A stretch of DNA of 64,000 bases. Source: Psilocybe cubensis. Its lineage: Eukaryota. This document shows positions 40,087 to 52,806 of the stretch, one piece after another. Where the stretch lies: contig CM039005.1 in assembly GCA_017499595.2 (NCBI GenBank), positions 1,426,001 to 1,490,000 on the forward strand, given 5' to 3'. Under the pieces are notes generated by a model. The model made no database searches and was not told the DNA's origin. It worked only from the letters and a program-made list of their open reading frames with translations. The translations under genes and the position numbers were made by a program. The number at the start of each line of letters is the position of its first letter. Position 1 is the first letter of the stretch.

Positions 40087-42172
40087 TTAAGAGTCTTCTG
40101 TAATGATGGGAAGAGATATCCGAGAGTCCTGTTCAAGATTTGTGGTAATCCTCGGTGCCAGACCTGTTACATCATGTGCAGAGTATGCCCTATCCCGCGC
40201 ATTTCCTCCCTCCCGTGATACGACGGTCATTCGCCGACGAATAGATGGTCGACGGCCTTCTGTGGGTGCTAATGGAGGCGCCACTTCACGCTCCGACACA
40301 GGTGTGTCAACATCTGTTCCGGTTGAAATTTCCGCAATTCTAAACTGCCTGAATATAACGTCTTCATTGAACGTCGAATCTACACAGGTTTCTCTGTAAG
40401 CAGATTCGCGAAGGTTCAAAACTAAACGTGTTCCCTATAATAATTAGTGCGTCTTTAGGCGTTCAACATGTCTTTGTTAGGAGAAGTTCCTACCGCAACG
40501 TCGAATCCAGCAACAGCCCATCTGTTTCTTGTTAGCTAGGATAACTTGCTAATTATCAAAATCACTTACGGAACAAGTAATGCTGTTGAATAACCTTCTA
40601 TAAACAAGGAGCTCATAGCATAGGTTGCCAGAACCCCTAGAACTTTGTGGTGAAACAGAAAGATCTGATTAAGCAATGAAGGCATACCTATGATGCTAAT
40701 GATGTAGCGACATTACTAACTTCATACTGGCGCTAAAATAGATAAAACGGCTCACAATAAGAAGCATGCGGTGCCATCTCGAAGAAATATCTTGTAAATT
40801 GTCCGAAGAGTAAAACGGGTGTCAATTTTACGCTCTTCTTTTCTTTCTAGATAGAGTTTCGTCACAAGCATGCTATAAAATATACCTGAGTTATGCAGTT
40901 ACTGCTCATAAGATGCAATTACAGATAAGCACCAGAAACTTACAAGCAATACATAGATCTGTTACCCTGAAGTGTACATTAGGCCGAGTACAAAAATAGT
41001 TCCAATTTTGAATACGACGCACCAAACTGGGATTGTAACGATCAAGTTTATAGTGGTAAAACAGCCTGGTAGCTGTGTTCCCGATGGCGGTAGTAATTCC
41101 GCTTTGACAGCAGCAATAGCAGTCATAGTCCCAATATAAATTTGGATCTGCAAATTATCATTTCATTGAACCAGAGTTTGTAAATTTTAATTCTTACGAT
41201 AATTTCGCCTAAAAGATGTAGTGGGGTCAAGAGGACCGTATTTGTGCATGTAGGTCCAGATACTTACTTAGTACTGCGATCAACAAGAAGACCAAAACTG
41301 GGTATCACAATGAATAAGCAAGCACGGCAAAGCGTTTGTCTGAGTATCATACCTTTAATATTTCCATGGTAAAGCGCATATATTCTCAAGGCTAATATCG
41401 CATTTGTGAGGTCCATCAACAGCATTGACCTACTTGAGTCAGTCTCAAGAGGTTGAGCGCGATGCTATGAGCTCACATCAATATACTATACGACAAGTAT
41501 ACTCCGCATCTGTAATATTTGACAGTTTATTTTTTTCAACTGAGAAACCGGAGCGAAAATGGACTCGTAGCATACCCCTAGTGACTTCAATTATCAGGAA
41601 GTCAAATATAATTAGATCTCATGACATACGAGGATCGAACGCTGCAAAGTGCAAAATACTTGGGTGAATGCAAAGTCAGTTATTCTATTTCAAACACAGG
41701 TCCACTGTTTACCATAAGAGCTAACTCTGTAAAGGGCACGCCACGACAATTAGAATAGTCACATTTTCCGAAATTTGAAATGCTTACATCCCATATACCA
41801 CGCACCCGTATCGCAAGAGAAGATATAAAACTTTTGGGAATGTCCAACGAGTCCTCGATAGCGAGTGTAAAAATAATTAACACCACAAGCCAAACGGCAG
41901 TATATCGAAAATTATACTCACTTCCATATATGAGTTATCTATAACATCGCGTTTTGAGCCATTGGAATAGTTTCTCGTATAGAAGTTGCCCCAAAATTGT
42001 ACTCACCTCAAGGGGAAGAGTAGCCACAGTATCGCAAAGAATGAATGTAGAAGCAGAAACTATTATGTTTGAGGTGATATCCGGAACTTAGAAGAACGAA
42101 TGTTATCTTACCCCACAGATACGCCCCTGTATAGGTTTGCCTGGCGGCCGACACAGCAGAGATGGGGTCCAT
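40087..42172 (-). CDS. DUF6533-type membrane protein, copy D (more distant)
   Basis: MDPISAVSAARQ...FILCDTVATLPLE...WDIPKVLYLLLRYG...LRIYALYHG...IFLRDG...RLVLNLRE. Confidence 0.75.
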
Positions 42173-42929
42173 AACACTTCCAGGAAGACCAGCTACCTAT
42201 GCAGTAAGAAGGAAAAAGAGAAAGAAACACATATACCTTTTGATGAGAGCATAAATGTACAGAATCTTGGGAAAGACGATAGTGATCAATCAGAATAGAA
42301 TCCCAAAAGATGATCAAAAGCACTGCTATGAAGCAAAATAATCCAGAAAATATTGATATAACCACCTTGCACCGCCCCCGAAGCCCGGGTATTGGATTTT
42401 ACCTTTTCACAACGTATCGTAAGTGGAGGAGTTGTGACCTTTGCGCACGGCTGTCACTGGGGTGCATTGGAACCTCGAGCACATGATTCTGATGACCTGT
42501 TCTTCGAACTGATGATTGATGGGGATCGAACATTCAGGGAAATTGGTTTTGAAAAGGGACAACAGTCTGGGAAAGTATTTTAGTAGCAGAATGCGTCCTA
42601 CTCGTGCCGGTCCATGCGAAGATGGGATGACCAGGATGACCTTTGGTCGAACGATTCAAAACGTGGGAAACCCAAGAACCGGTTTGTTCCGAGTGGAGAA
42701 TATTTTCCCATGGTGGACGCAAAGGTTTTCACGTCAACCACATCATCAGGATGGTCAGCCTCACGACTGCGATATGTATAAAGTACAAGGCCCTTTTGAA
42801 ATTTGGCCAGGTTCGCCTCTTTGTGTTTTTTGCTCACATCTGCTATCTTCATCATAGAAAATCGAACATTCCTTCATCTTTAATCCAAGCCCACACGGCA
42901 CTTTCTTTCCTTCCTGTCAACTCTCGGTG

Positions 42930-44339
42930 ATGGCTCCTCGTACTCTCATCTCAAAGATACCAATCTGGCTTCTCATATCTACCCATGCGCACTATGTATT
43001 ATCTCTGGCTGTTCCTGCCGTTACCCCGAGTCCAAGTTACTTTTCAGTCAGCAAGAGGGCTGACACCAGCATAGCCACGCGCTACGGAATTCCTGGTCCT
43101 TTTGAATCCTCTGGTCCAGATGATGTTGTAAACGATTCCGATCTTGCTCGTATATCTGAAGTTTTTATGGCGATTGCTCAACTCCCAGATGGATCTCTGT
43201 CTTCTGTCGATTCCTCCGTTGCGCCCACTCCTACCCCTACGAACCCTCTTCCATCAAGTACAGTGTATCCGGAATCACCACCACTTCGTGGGCCAGGGCT
43301 TGTTGTTCTTTCTCAACCATTCCCTGCAATTGGATCTTCTACGCCGGTACCTACTGCTGCGTCAAGTACGACGTCTTTACCTGCATCTAATAGGACCGCC
43401 AGTCCCACTAAGCGAGTGGTCATCTTGGGATCTGTCATTGGAAGCATTTTACTCTTCACACTGTGCTTATTCTTTATTCTCGATCCCGCTATTACTGGAC
43501 GGTTGTTCCAACTTTGTCATTCCCGTCGACGTTCCGCAAGTAGAGTGAAGGAGAATAAAGATGCTGTATCATCTGAGGATAAGTGGGTGCCTGTTGCCCC
43601 TCTCACGAACGCAGTGCCTCTGCAAAGCGATCGACAAACCACCCAGTGTATCAGGAATGAAGGGGACTTGTTCACCGAGACCGCTGCTCCCTCACCTCCT
43701 TCTAAATTTTCTATGTGTTCCTCAGAGTATTCGGAGCCCAACCGTATATCTGCCCTGTCGTCGAACTCTGCATATACGTCCACTCCAAGCAGACCTACTG
43801 TAAGCTTTGTGTCTGGGCCAACACCCACCCGTCCGCCTCGTCCGCCCACCGCAGATAGCCCAGCACTTACAGACTCAGTTTATCTCGCATGTTCCGACCA
43901 GCCATACGTAATTGTTGCTCCACAGAGTCTCACCGAGGCGGAATTGAATTCCAATGCACCCTCGAAACCGCCACGTCGCATGCTGACTCCCAGCGAATTC
44001 TTTGCTCTTCACGTTCCAGGGATTCTCAGTGGATTTGGCTCCTCGGGGGGAGCCCCGTCAAAGAAACAAGAACGGAGCTCCACGTGCGAGAGTCATCTCT
44101 CCAGTGCTACAAAGCGAGAATCGTTTCATTCACGGACCAAGAGCGCCCCTTTACTAGGGAATGTGACGATCAGTGAGAGGGGTTCTACCTCTAACACCGA
44201 GCTGGAGTTCAGTATTGAAGGTGTTCGCGAAGAGAGCATGATACAACGCATTTCGAAACATCGTAGAAGCCGATCGGCCTCTGGTTGGGCGTATCCAGAT
44301 CGCTCTATCCCAAAGAAGCAGCGCAAAGAGAAAGTATAG
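42930..44339 (+). CDS. Single-pass membrane protein with signal peptide, S/T/P-rich ectodomain and disordered tail
   Basis: 470-aa intronless ORF with a hydrophobic N-terminus, a KR site, TM VVILGSVIGSILLFTLCLFFIL and a Ser/Pro-rich cytoplasmic tail. Confidence 0.8.
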   Translation: MAPRTLISKIPIWLLISTHAHYVLSLAVPAVTPSPSYFSVSKRADTSIATRYGIPGPFESSGPDDVVNDSDLARISEVFMAIAQLPDGSLSSVDSSVAPTPTPTNPLPSSTVYPESPPLRGPGLVVLSQPFPAIGSSTPVPTAASSTTSLPASNRTASPTKRVVILGSVIGSILLFTLCLFFILDPAITGRLFQLCHSRRRSASRVKENKDAVSSEDKWVPVAPLTNAVPLQSDRQTTQCIRNEGDLFTETAAPSPPSKFSMCSSEYSEPNRISALSSNSAYTSTPSRPTVSFVSGPTPTRPPRPPTADSPALTDSVYLACSDQPYVIVAPQSLTEAELNSNAPSKPPRRMLTPSEFFALHVPGILSGFGSSGGAPSKKQERSSTCESHLSSATKRESFHSRTKSAPLLGNVTISERGSTSNTELEFSIEGVREESMIQRISKHRRSRSASGWAYPDRSIPKKQRKEKV

Positions 44340-44675
44340 CCGGCAATCGCACCCTCCCAATGATCTGAATAGACAATTTGCGACATAGAACGCGAGTGAG
44401 ATACTATCAAGCCTGCCTACCTTTCGTTCAAATTTTTTTTCTTTCTTTTCGACTTTTCAATTATGGGTAAACAACCCAATTTTTTCTTCTGATTCCTAGA
44501 TCTTGATGTGGTATTTGTACTATTAGCATTATATGTAGGTGAAAAGTACACTGAGATTACGGGATTGTAAGTTCAATGCCGCTATCATTGTAAACGATGC
44601 AGTGAGTGGTCATTGAACATATTGTGTCCTACTAAGTAATGTCGCAATTTTTGGTTAAAAAGTGACGGTTCAACA

Positions 44676-47455
44676 TTACATTCCAGAGTTTTCATACTTG
44701 ATTTCTTTCATGCGGACCCACAATCCTCCCTAGTGGCGAAAGGACTCAGCACTAACAGCGTAAACAGTCATCCCCTGTATTTACCTTGATGAACAACGTA
44801 AGATGTGCCGCTGGGAAAATCTTCTCCGTTGCCTTGAGTCCTTCGCCGTTTCTCCAGTGTGCGGGAGGCGGCAAGTTGGAAGTAGAATCAAGAGTAAACT
44901 CTGTAAAGTTTTGAAGTAAACGGATGAGATAATATGAAGCCTCGTTGTAGGCAAACTGAATTAAAGCAGGATTTTTGAATTGAGATTTTGCAATGACAAA
45001 TGAATATTCGATATAAGCAAGACGTACTTGTTGACCAAGACATATGCGAGGGCCAGCGTTGAATGGACAAAAGATGTAAGGGTTGGAAACCAGGTACTTT
45101 TGCAACCTCTCGTCGAGGAAACGGTCAGGGTCAAACGTAAGGGCTGAGAAAATCATTAAATCAAGGGAATTAAATTATTTTAGTTGCGTACCGTCTGGAC
45201 CCCACAAGTCCGTTCGTCTTTGCATATTTAAAGTAGTATATATGCATCTGTAGGCAAGAAGTGACGACGTGAGCATGTGGTAGGCCCTCCGAAAAAGCTA
45301 CACACATCACATCTTTTGGAACGTAAATTGGTTTTTCTCCAGGACCTGTTGCTGGTAGGACAACGGGTGCAATGCTTTTTCTGCCAAAGCGCATTACGAT
45401 GAATGTCATATAAATAGAATGAGTGCATCGAAGGTGGACTGTACCTTGCGTTGGATGGTCTGAAATGGGTAAAATGAGAAATAAATTAGCCTGACTTCAT
45501 CGGACATGCAGCGTGAGACCATGTCTTACACAACAGCGTATAAGCGTAAAACCTCTGTAAATGAACCAATATGACTCAGAGAAAATCGTTAAACCAAGAA
45601 ATAATATTTACCATTTATAAATGCCTTCATGTATCTCATTTCTCGCATATTCTCGTACTTCGGTGCCTCTGAGGGGCCAACCTTCTCATAAATCTCTTCG
45701 CGAAGTCGCTTCTCAATATCAGGATGCTCTGAAAGCATGTACACTGAGAAGGCAAGTAGTGACATAGTCTGTAAATTAACTGTAAGATATATAATCACGT
45801 ATTGTGTGAATGAGCTCCGAATGTACCGTGTCCCGACCAGCAACAAGGAGATTGATAACCTGATTTACAAGAATATGAGTTAGTATAATTGAAAAAGTTG
45901 TATATATGCACACCTCATCTTTGAGGATCTTCGGATCTGAAGCAAGGATGTCAGAATCATGAAGTAAACAGTACTGTAGGCAAACTGCGACTCGCACCTT
46001 GCGTGTGATTGACAAGGTGAGAAAGCAAGTTGGACTCCTCCTTCTCGCTCGGATCCTTTCCAAGTAGGATATCTTGCTCTCTCTTTTCCAAAGCGGCCTT
46101 CATCATAGGTTCCACAAAGTCTTCCACGGTTTTGCGCAAAGGTATTATTCTATCACCAGTAAATTCTGCCAAAGCCCACTCTTCTCCCATTGTGAGACGC
46201 TTTGCGATCAGAAGCAGTGCGTCCGAGAAGGCCTTGACAAATTGATTAGAAGGATGGTCGAAGAACTCTCTAGAGTTTTTCTTGGCGACCTCCTGGTGAT
46301 AAGGTAACCCTGCTGAAAGCGACTCCACATTTTTACCGAACAAGAACTCCGATGCAGAATCGAGAGTAAATCGTGCAATGAGATCCTACAGATCAAAGTC
46401 AAGCACTGTTGATATTACAAGCTGTGGTTTTAATATACCTGCATGTCGATAGAGTATCCCTCTGCAAGACGATCCTTTGCCAATTTCAAGGAGATATTCC
46501 AATTGCGATCATATATCTCAAAGTCGCTGATACGTTCTCGAGTGAAAAATGGACGGGTCATTGCGCGGTGGAATCTGAACACAGAAAATAGTAAATACAG
46601 GGTCATTAACGATCTTTGTAGCACCTACTTCCACATTTCTCCTATTGTATGTTCAAAATAGAACGTTGGTTGCATGGTGAGCACACCGAAATAACCAGGT
46701 CTTACCGTCGGAGTTGAAAACCCCTTCTCCGAACATGGAGTCCATCTGCGAAATAAATAAAGGGCCTACAAAGAAAGTCAATTTTTACACTTGTTTATGG
46801 CTCCCCTTGTTCATACCTTTTACAAATGATTCGAACTGCGTCGCAAGTATCGCCTTCGGGCAAAAAGGGCATGAAATGCTTAAGTGATAATTTGACTAAT
46901 CGAATAAAATAAGCCAAACCTTAATGTGCTCCGGCTCGTTTGTAAGCAACTATATAGTTGAGTATAATCAAACGACTGTCATAATTGACAAGATATTCTT
47001 TAAACATGACCTACAAATGAGGTGTTCATGAGATCAAAGTTAACAACATTGCCATATTGGTCATTGAAGCGCTTAAGTACATCCGCTATGCATCAGGAAA
47101 GATCAGATATTGTCCAAGAAACAAACGTAGAAATCCTTTGCTTACTTGGATACCCGTCCCGAAGGTTTTCCCCCAGTTCAGAAATGATTGAAAATGTGGA
47201 GTCTGGAAGGTAAGGAGGAATGACAGCTCCACTCGCCTCTGCCGCCCTTTTGTTCGCCCATTTTGCATAGTACCTAGATGCAATGGCTATCATGGGCCTC
47301 GCAGCAACCGCAATGCTGATGAGTGCCCATCCAGGTAGATTGAACGGGAGGAATTGTCTTCTTTGGATTATATCCAACAGACAATATGTTGCCGCTGACG
47401 GTATACCAAAGCGAACGGAAGCTTTCAGCAGATAATTGATCCCTGGTGCAACCAT
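44676..47455 (-). CDS. Cytochrome P450, CYP63-like, copy 2 (close paralog of 12230-15027)
   Basis: MVAPGINYLLKASVRFG..., [40 protein letters not shown]. Intron positions match copy 1. Confidence 0.92.
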
Positions 47456-47525
47456 AGTCGGTTGGACAAGGCTGAGGCTAGCAATGAAGATTCAAAGATG
47501 CCAAAGCAAAATGTTTAGACACTAG

Positions 47526-47572
47526 AGATATATAGTCCTAGGAAGTAATATATAGAGCCGATTGGACCCGAT
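47526..47572 (-). promoter_or_regulatory. Promoter elements of P450 copy 2 (ATCGGGTCCAAT ... CTAGGACTATATATCT)
   Basis: Matches the motifs at 12126-12162 upstream of copy 1. Confidence 0.55.
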
Positions 47573-48631
47573 CCGTGAAGCCCGCTGAAGAATTCCAATA
47601 ACATCGAGCAGACTGTCAGGAAAGAGACATGGCCGTTAAACATGATGTCACCGTTTGGCTGTTTGCTATGGCCTCAAGATAACCGGGTTATCGTTTTGTC
47701 GCCTCTATGTTTAGACAATTAAAGGATGAACACTTGATCCATCAAGATAGGTCAAATGTCGGTAGTAACACAGTCCAAGGCAGTTGAATGTACGTGCCCG
47801 GCTGCCATCAAAGTATATATGAAACAGAGAGGCGTTATTTGGGTATCATGCCGGTGAAAGGCAAAACAACCATGGAAATACTCGGCGGGCATGCATCCCT
47901 AAACCAAGCTTGATATTCCAAGACTCCCAAGTTGAGCGTTGGTCGACATGCCGAAATTCAAACACGCAGACAAGAGTCAATGCTATGGATTGTGTAACGG
48001 CTTGAACTCGAATGGCCTCTCCAAAAATTTTTAATAAATCCTTTGTTCACGTTTTTCCAATATATCATCAATACATTAAGTTTTAATTGGTTTACAGATG
48101 TCAATTATAGCTGCTCTACGTTCAAATATGTGAGGAATCGGAGATTTATCAACCATAATAACATTTCCCGTACTTACAGCGTATTGTAATTGTGATACGA
48201 CGCACCGCGTGGTAGATGAAAAATAATTCAAACCACCAAAACGTCTCGGTAGCATTGCACAAAGAAGCATGGTTACAGAGGCGGCAAAATAGAAATCCTA
48301 GTACACACTAAATACGACGAAGGTTTCAAGTTAAAGCCTGACAATACCACAAACCATTTACCACCAAATAGGACTCGCCCATAGGAACTCGACGGTGCTT
48401 TAGACACAGTTCAATAAAACCCCGAATTCGTTTTGATGAGTTTCATCATTTTTCTCAGTAGTTTGATGAGCCTTGATCTATACCAATATGCCCACATATT
48501 CACCAGTAACCAAAAAATTGTAAATCAAATCACCGTCAGTTTTACACAGAGTCGGGTTTAGAATTAAGAATCGAAGTGACTTTCATCTGAATCGAACCAA
48601 GAATTCCTGCTTTCTGTTTATCCGCCGACCT

Positions 48632-49438
48632 TCAAAGTTCTGACAGTGCATCTAGCGCTGATTGCCTGGCTTCATCAACCGGTCTGAATGTCTGAATAAT
48701 TTGGCTCGTCACTTGAATATTAGTCTGTAAAAATTTCATCAGTGTTGGCGCATATTCCACGCAATGATATCAGATAAACTGGATAACGGAGGATATGGGT
48801 CAACTAACCGAAGACGCTGTTATCAGAGCTGATTCAAACTGTTCACATGAGGCAGCCGAGTTTAACAAATCAGTCGTGATTGTGGAGGTACCGCTTAAGG
48901 TCTTGAAGAAATCCGCATTCTGGGCGACTGAATTCAAGTAAGAGAGAATTCCATTAACAAGTCCACTGTACAACTCTAGGATTTCTTCAGTTTGAGACGA
49001 GACAAGACTCCCGGGGGGAAGTTCCTTGAAATGGCAAAGTGTTATGGTAAGAGGATTGATTTATATGATAAACATTTTTGGATGACTGACATTAAGATTG
49101 GTGTTGGCGTCCTCGAAGAAAAGGTGAATGGCCTCTGCATCCGCATGGGTTGCCTGCGTGCGACAATTTCATTAGCAATCTGGTAAAGAAATGATGAAGA
49201 TAAAAGAGCGTACATCTATGGCTTGAATTCCAGATCTAGGAATACTGGAGGCGTCTGAAACTATTTTGGTGAAGAGACCTCCGAGCGTCTCCAGGTCGTT
49301 TATGACAAGCGCAAATGCCTGGGCTGGAGGGACAGAGGATGTTGTTGCAGCAGGTGCAATTGATACTTTGGTCGCAGGGATGGCATGCACAGTGGGGACA
49401 GCCATGCAGGATATAATAACAGCAAGGGAGAATTTCAT
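48632..49438 (-). CDS. Secreted helical protein, HsbA (hydrophobic surface binding protein A)-like
   Basis: Four exons: signal peptide MKFSLAVIISC..., VINDLETLGGLFTKIVSDASSI, SSQTEEILELYSGLVNGILSYLNSV, TDLLNSAASCEQFESALI, ...SALDALSEL*. Size and amphipathic helices fit HsbA. Confidence 0.7.
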
Positions 49439-50835
49439 GGTAGAAGTGTGATGATAGAGCGAGTAAAATGTGCTGAGAACTATGAGCTGAAGACAATCTG
49501 CATGATATACTAGTTAAATACCCTTGTTGCATCCCTTCGTTTCTTGAGAGTAAGCTAAAAATAAGCCACAGCCGGGGGAAATAGATTGCATTTTATATTT
49601 AATTTTTGGCATGATTTATGAGCGATTAGCCGTTTGCGACCATACAACTTGTAGTGTTTTTGCATAATAGCGCATCCGTTTGTCCGCACAATGCGAAGTT
49701 AAAGGGCCTACAAGGTTATTATCATGTTGAACTTCGTTGCCATTGTTGATTTTATCTCTTACATTCAGTAAGATATGTGCTATCTCGTCCTCATAACCGT
49801 GCATAAATGACTAATGATTAATGAAAGATTATCAATAATCACTGAGAAAGTCGGGAGAAGAGGTCGGGAGAAGGAACGCCCACCCTCGCTATCTTTTGAG
49901 TGCGAAAAGGGGCACAAGACTCGGCCTTGCCATATGTATAGGAAAGCGTTATATTTTTTGTGTGATTTTTAATTTTATTTCTAGATATGGCTTGTGTTTC
50001 CGACTCCTATCTCTGGAAGGTGTTGGAGGGAAGTGTAAAAATGATAATATTCGGGAAGGTGGGAGCTGCCCGTTAGGTTCATGGGCAGAACCGATGATGT
50101 AAGTTTCACAATATCACTGTTTGGACAATTTTCAAGTGATACTTTCACGTCAGCGGTCTAGATATTGAACCATAGAACTCTCTGCAATGTTCCGATAACT
50201 TGCGTTCAAAGCGACAGCGACAAGCGCCGCTGGGAATTTTTCCTATTTCGGTGTTTCTTTACCAGAGCAATTGTAGCTCAATTAAATCTGATAAATAACG
50301 AAAATGAGAGATATGTACAATGAAAGCCCACATACTGTATACAGAATCGTGAACAACCGCAAAGCGTATCGTGGTCTGTCTACGAGAGACTAGTTTTGAG
50401 TGAGCTCTAAATAAATCGTGAAATAGGGGCATATTTGCCATTGTCATTAAATCCAAACAGACGGTAGCATCGTGAGACATCCAGCTTGCGCGTACTCTCA
50501 AGATACCATGCCATCACACAAATCTTGTTTACAAGTAATATGCACGCTGAATTCGCCCAAAGACCACGAGCCTTGCCATTGGCATAAGGAACTTTACTCA
50601 GGCGTCCACTGTCGGCAAACGGCGCGCGTAATAGAGAATCTGTTGTAAGGATGAGAATATATCCACACAGGAAGAGCACACAGGGGTCATACTAAAAATT
50701 CTGTTTAGTGATACACGGTTCAATTCAAAGAAGACCTTTACTGGGTGCAAATACAAATCAATTTATGAATACCGGCTCTGGCATTTTTTACGCTTCTACA
50801 GGTTCAACTTTTCCCAACATCAAACTTTTCAATCA

Positions 50836-52101
50836 TCACTTTGACTGTGGGACACTCAGGCTTTCGCCTCCAAAGAATGCCCGAGCTTCGACACTGGCTG
50901 CATCAAGCTCGACGTGAGGTATATCGTTCTGTTATTGTAAATCTTCAAAACACTGAAACTATCCCCGATCACAGAGTCACGGCGCACCACGGATTTGAGA
51001 TGATCTCTCTCTTTCGTATGAGTTACAATAACCTCCAACGGAGGTGGATTCGAAAGATCAAAGGGTCCCTGATGACCTTCCTAAAAGTTGCAGTATTTTC
51101 TGATGAAGTCAATCACACGCGACTCCATGAATAATTTACTGACCCTGATCCGTACATTCATCCTCGTCCACGCAGTGTTCGACAGTCCTCCGAACCTCGA
51201 CATTGTCGGCGCATGAGGGTCCAGCTTCAACAACGCCGATATCAGCTCCGCAATACACAGCCCATGGCTCGCAATCGCAACATGCACGCCGTCGCCGCTA
51301 CCACACTCTCCCTCCTCCTGTACTGACATCTGCGCGCCCTCCGGGTGTAGAGACCGCTGCTGCTGCAAATGCGGCAACACACACTCCCTAATCGCAATTT
51401 CCGTCCGCTGCGCTAGCTCATCCAGACTCTCCGCACCGGGATACTTCGCCTCGCGCCCATAAAGCACCGGGAAAATCTTCTGCTCGTACAGCTCCTCCAC
51501 CGACACATCTTCCGGCTGCTGCAGGACCCACGGATGGCCTTCTGCGATGCCGAAGTGCTGCTCGCGCAGGTGCGGGTTCGTTGTCAGCGGGGGTTTGGGC
51601 GCGCGCTGGTAGTGCTGGACGTATTGCGCGGTTGTGTAGGCGCGTTGGAGCGGGGAGGCGTAGATGTGGGTTATGCGCGTCGAGGCGAGGCTTTGGCCTA
51701 GGGCGTTGGCTTGCTGAGGGATTTATTTGGGTCAGTTTTTCTTACGTGTGTATGAGCTTGTTTTCGTGTTTCGAGTTTACCTTTTTTCCTGGATTAAGGT
51801 AGCAGCAACATAAGCTTACACTTGTGCGGATGATAAGATTGGAACTGACCGTGTTCAGATAAAGGCGAATCTTTCCACCCAGCCCATATATTTTTCTTTC
51901 CAAAATTTCTTAGTCATTTCCTGCCCATCTGTGCGATTGGTCAAGGCCCCTCACCACATTATCCTCGCTTTGCCCATGCCTGATCTATAAACACAAAGGG
52001 AACAAAACATCGGTACGATTAGGCACAGAACACTCCAGATTTGACACCGCAGGTCAACACAGAGCTCAACACAGAACACGCACGAAAGTGACCGTGATCA
52101 T
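50836..52101 (-). CDS. Histidine phosphatase / phosphoglycerate mutase-like protein
   Basis: MITVTF|IRHGQSEDN (RHG motif), WAGWKDSPLS, LREQHFGIAEG, AESLDELAQR, VAIASHG, LSNTAWTR. Confidence 0.9.
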
Positions 52102-52806
52102 CCTAGATACCGATAGCAACTGATCGAAGAATCCCTGCACACTCTAGCAGATCCAGATGTTCAGAATACGTGCGTTGAGGCTGAGGTTGAGGGGGATCCG
52201 TATTGAACGAGGAAAAACAACGAAGAACGTGGTCGTCACCCACCCATCGTTTTTTTCGCTTTTATATAGATGGATAGATCATAGGACTGAGGTGAGGCAG
52301 TGAGGCAGTGAAGCAGGGGACTCGTTCTTGCGAGGCATGTATGTATGGGGAAATTTATAAATTTAAATTTAACACTTAGACCCTAGGAGCACTGGGGAGC
52401 ACCCGGCCATCTTTTGTAATTGATTTGATTGCGACGGTGATCGTTTCGAGGTATGACGCCAATGGGAACTTGTTAATTTTGTCAATTTGGTAGAGGTATG
52501 TCATGTGAATCGCTGTGTGAATAGTGTGCGTACAGTTTAATTATTGCAGTAGGCCCAGGATGGCGGTTTACCTGTCCGGCATCCGACTTCGGGTTTTTAG
52601 ATCAGAAGCCGAGAGGACTCACTTGCGCCCGATGGTGTATTCATAACTCACTTTCAATATCCTTAAAAAAGAACGGCGTCTGATACGATCAGGGGATTGA
52701 CAAGGTATTAATATATATTTGATGCGATATTTTTGAAGTCTACAGCGATCTAACATAACATGTTCAACATTTGATAAACAGGACGAAAAGATAAAACAGA
52801 TCGGTA

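Noticed and set aside
48985-49025. Possible frameshift at the G-run in the HsbA-like gene
   Set aside because: Recounting gives an intact frame (ELPPGSLVSSQTEE).
52550-52650. GC-rich hairpin-like stretch resembling a structural RNA
   Set aside because: No cloverleaf, TTCRA T-loop or box C/D arrangement could be built.
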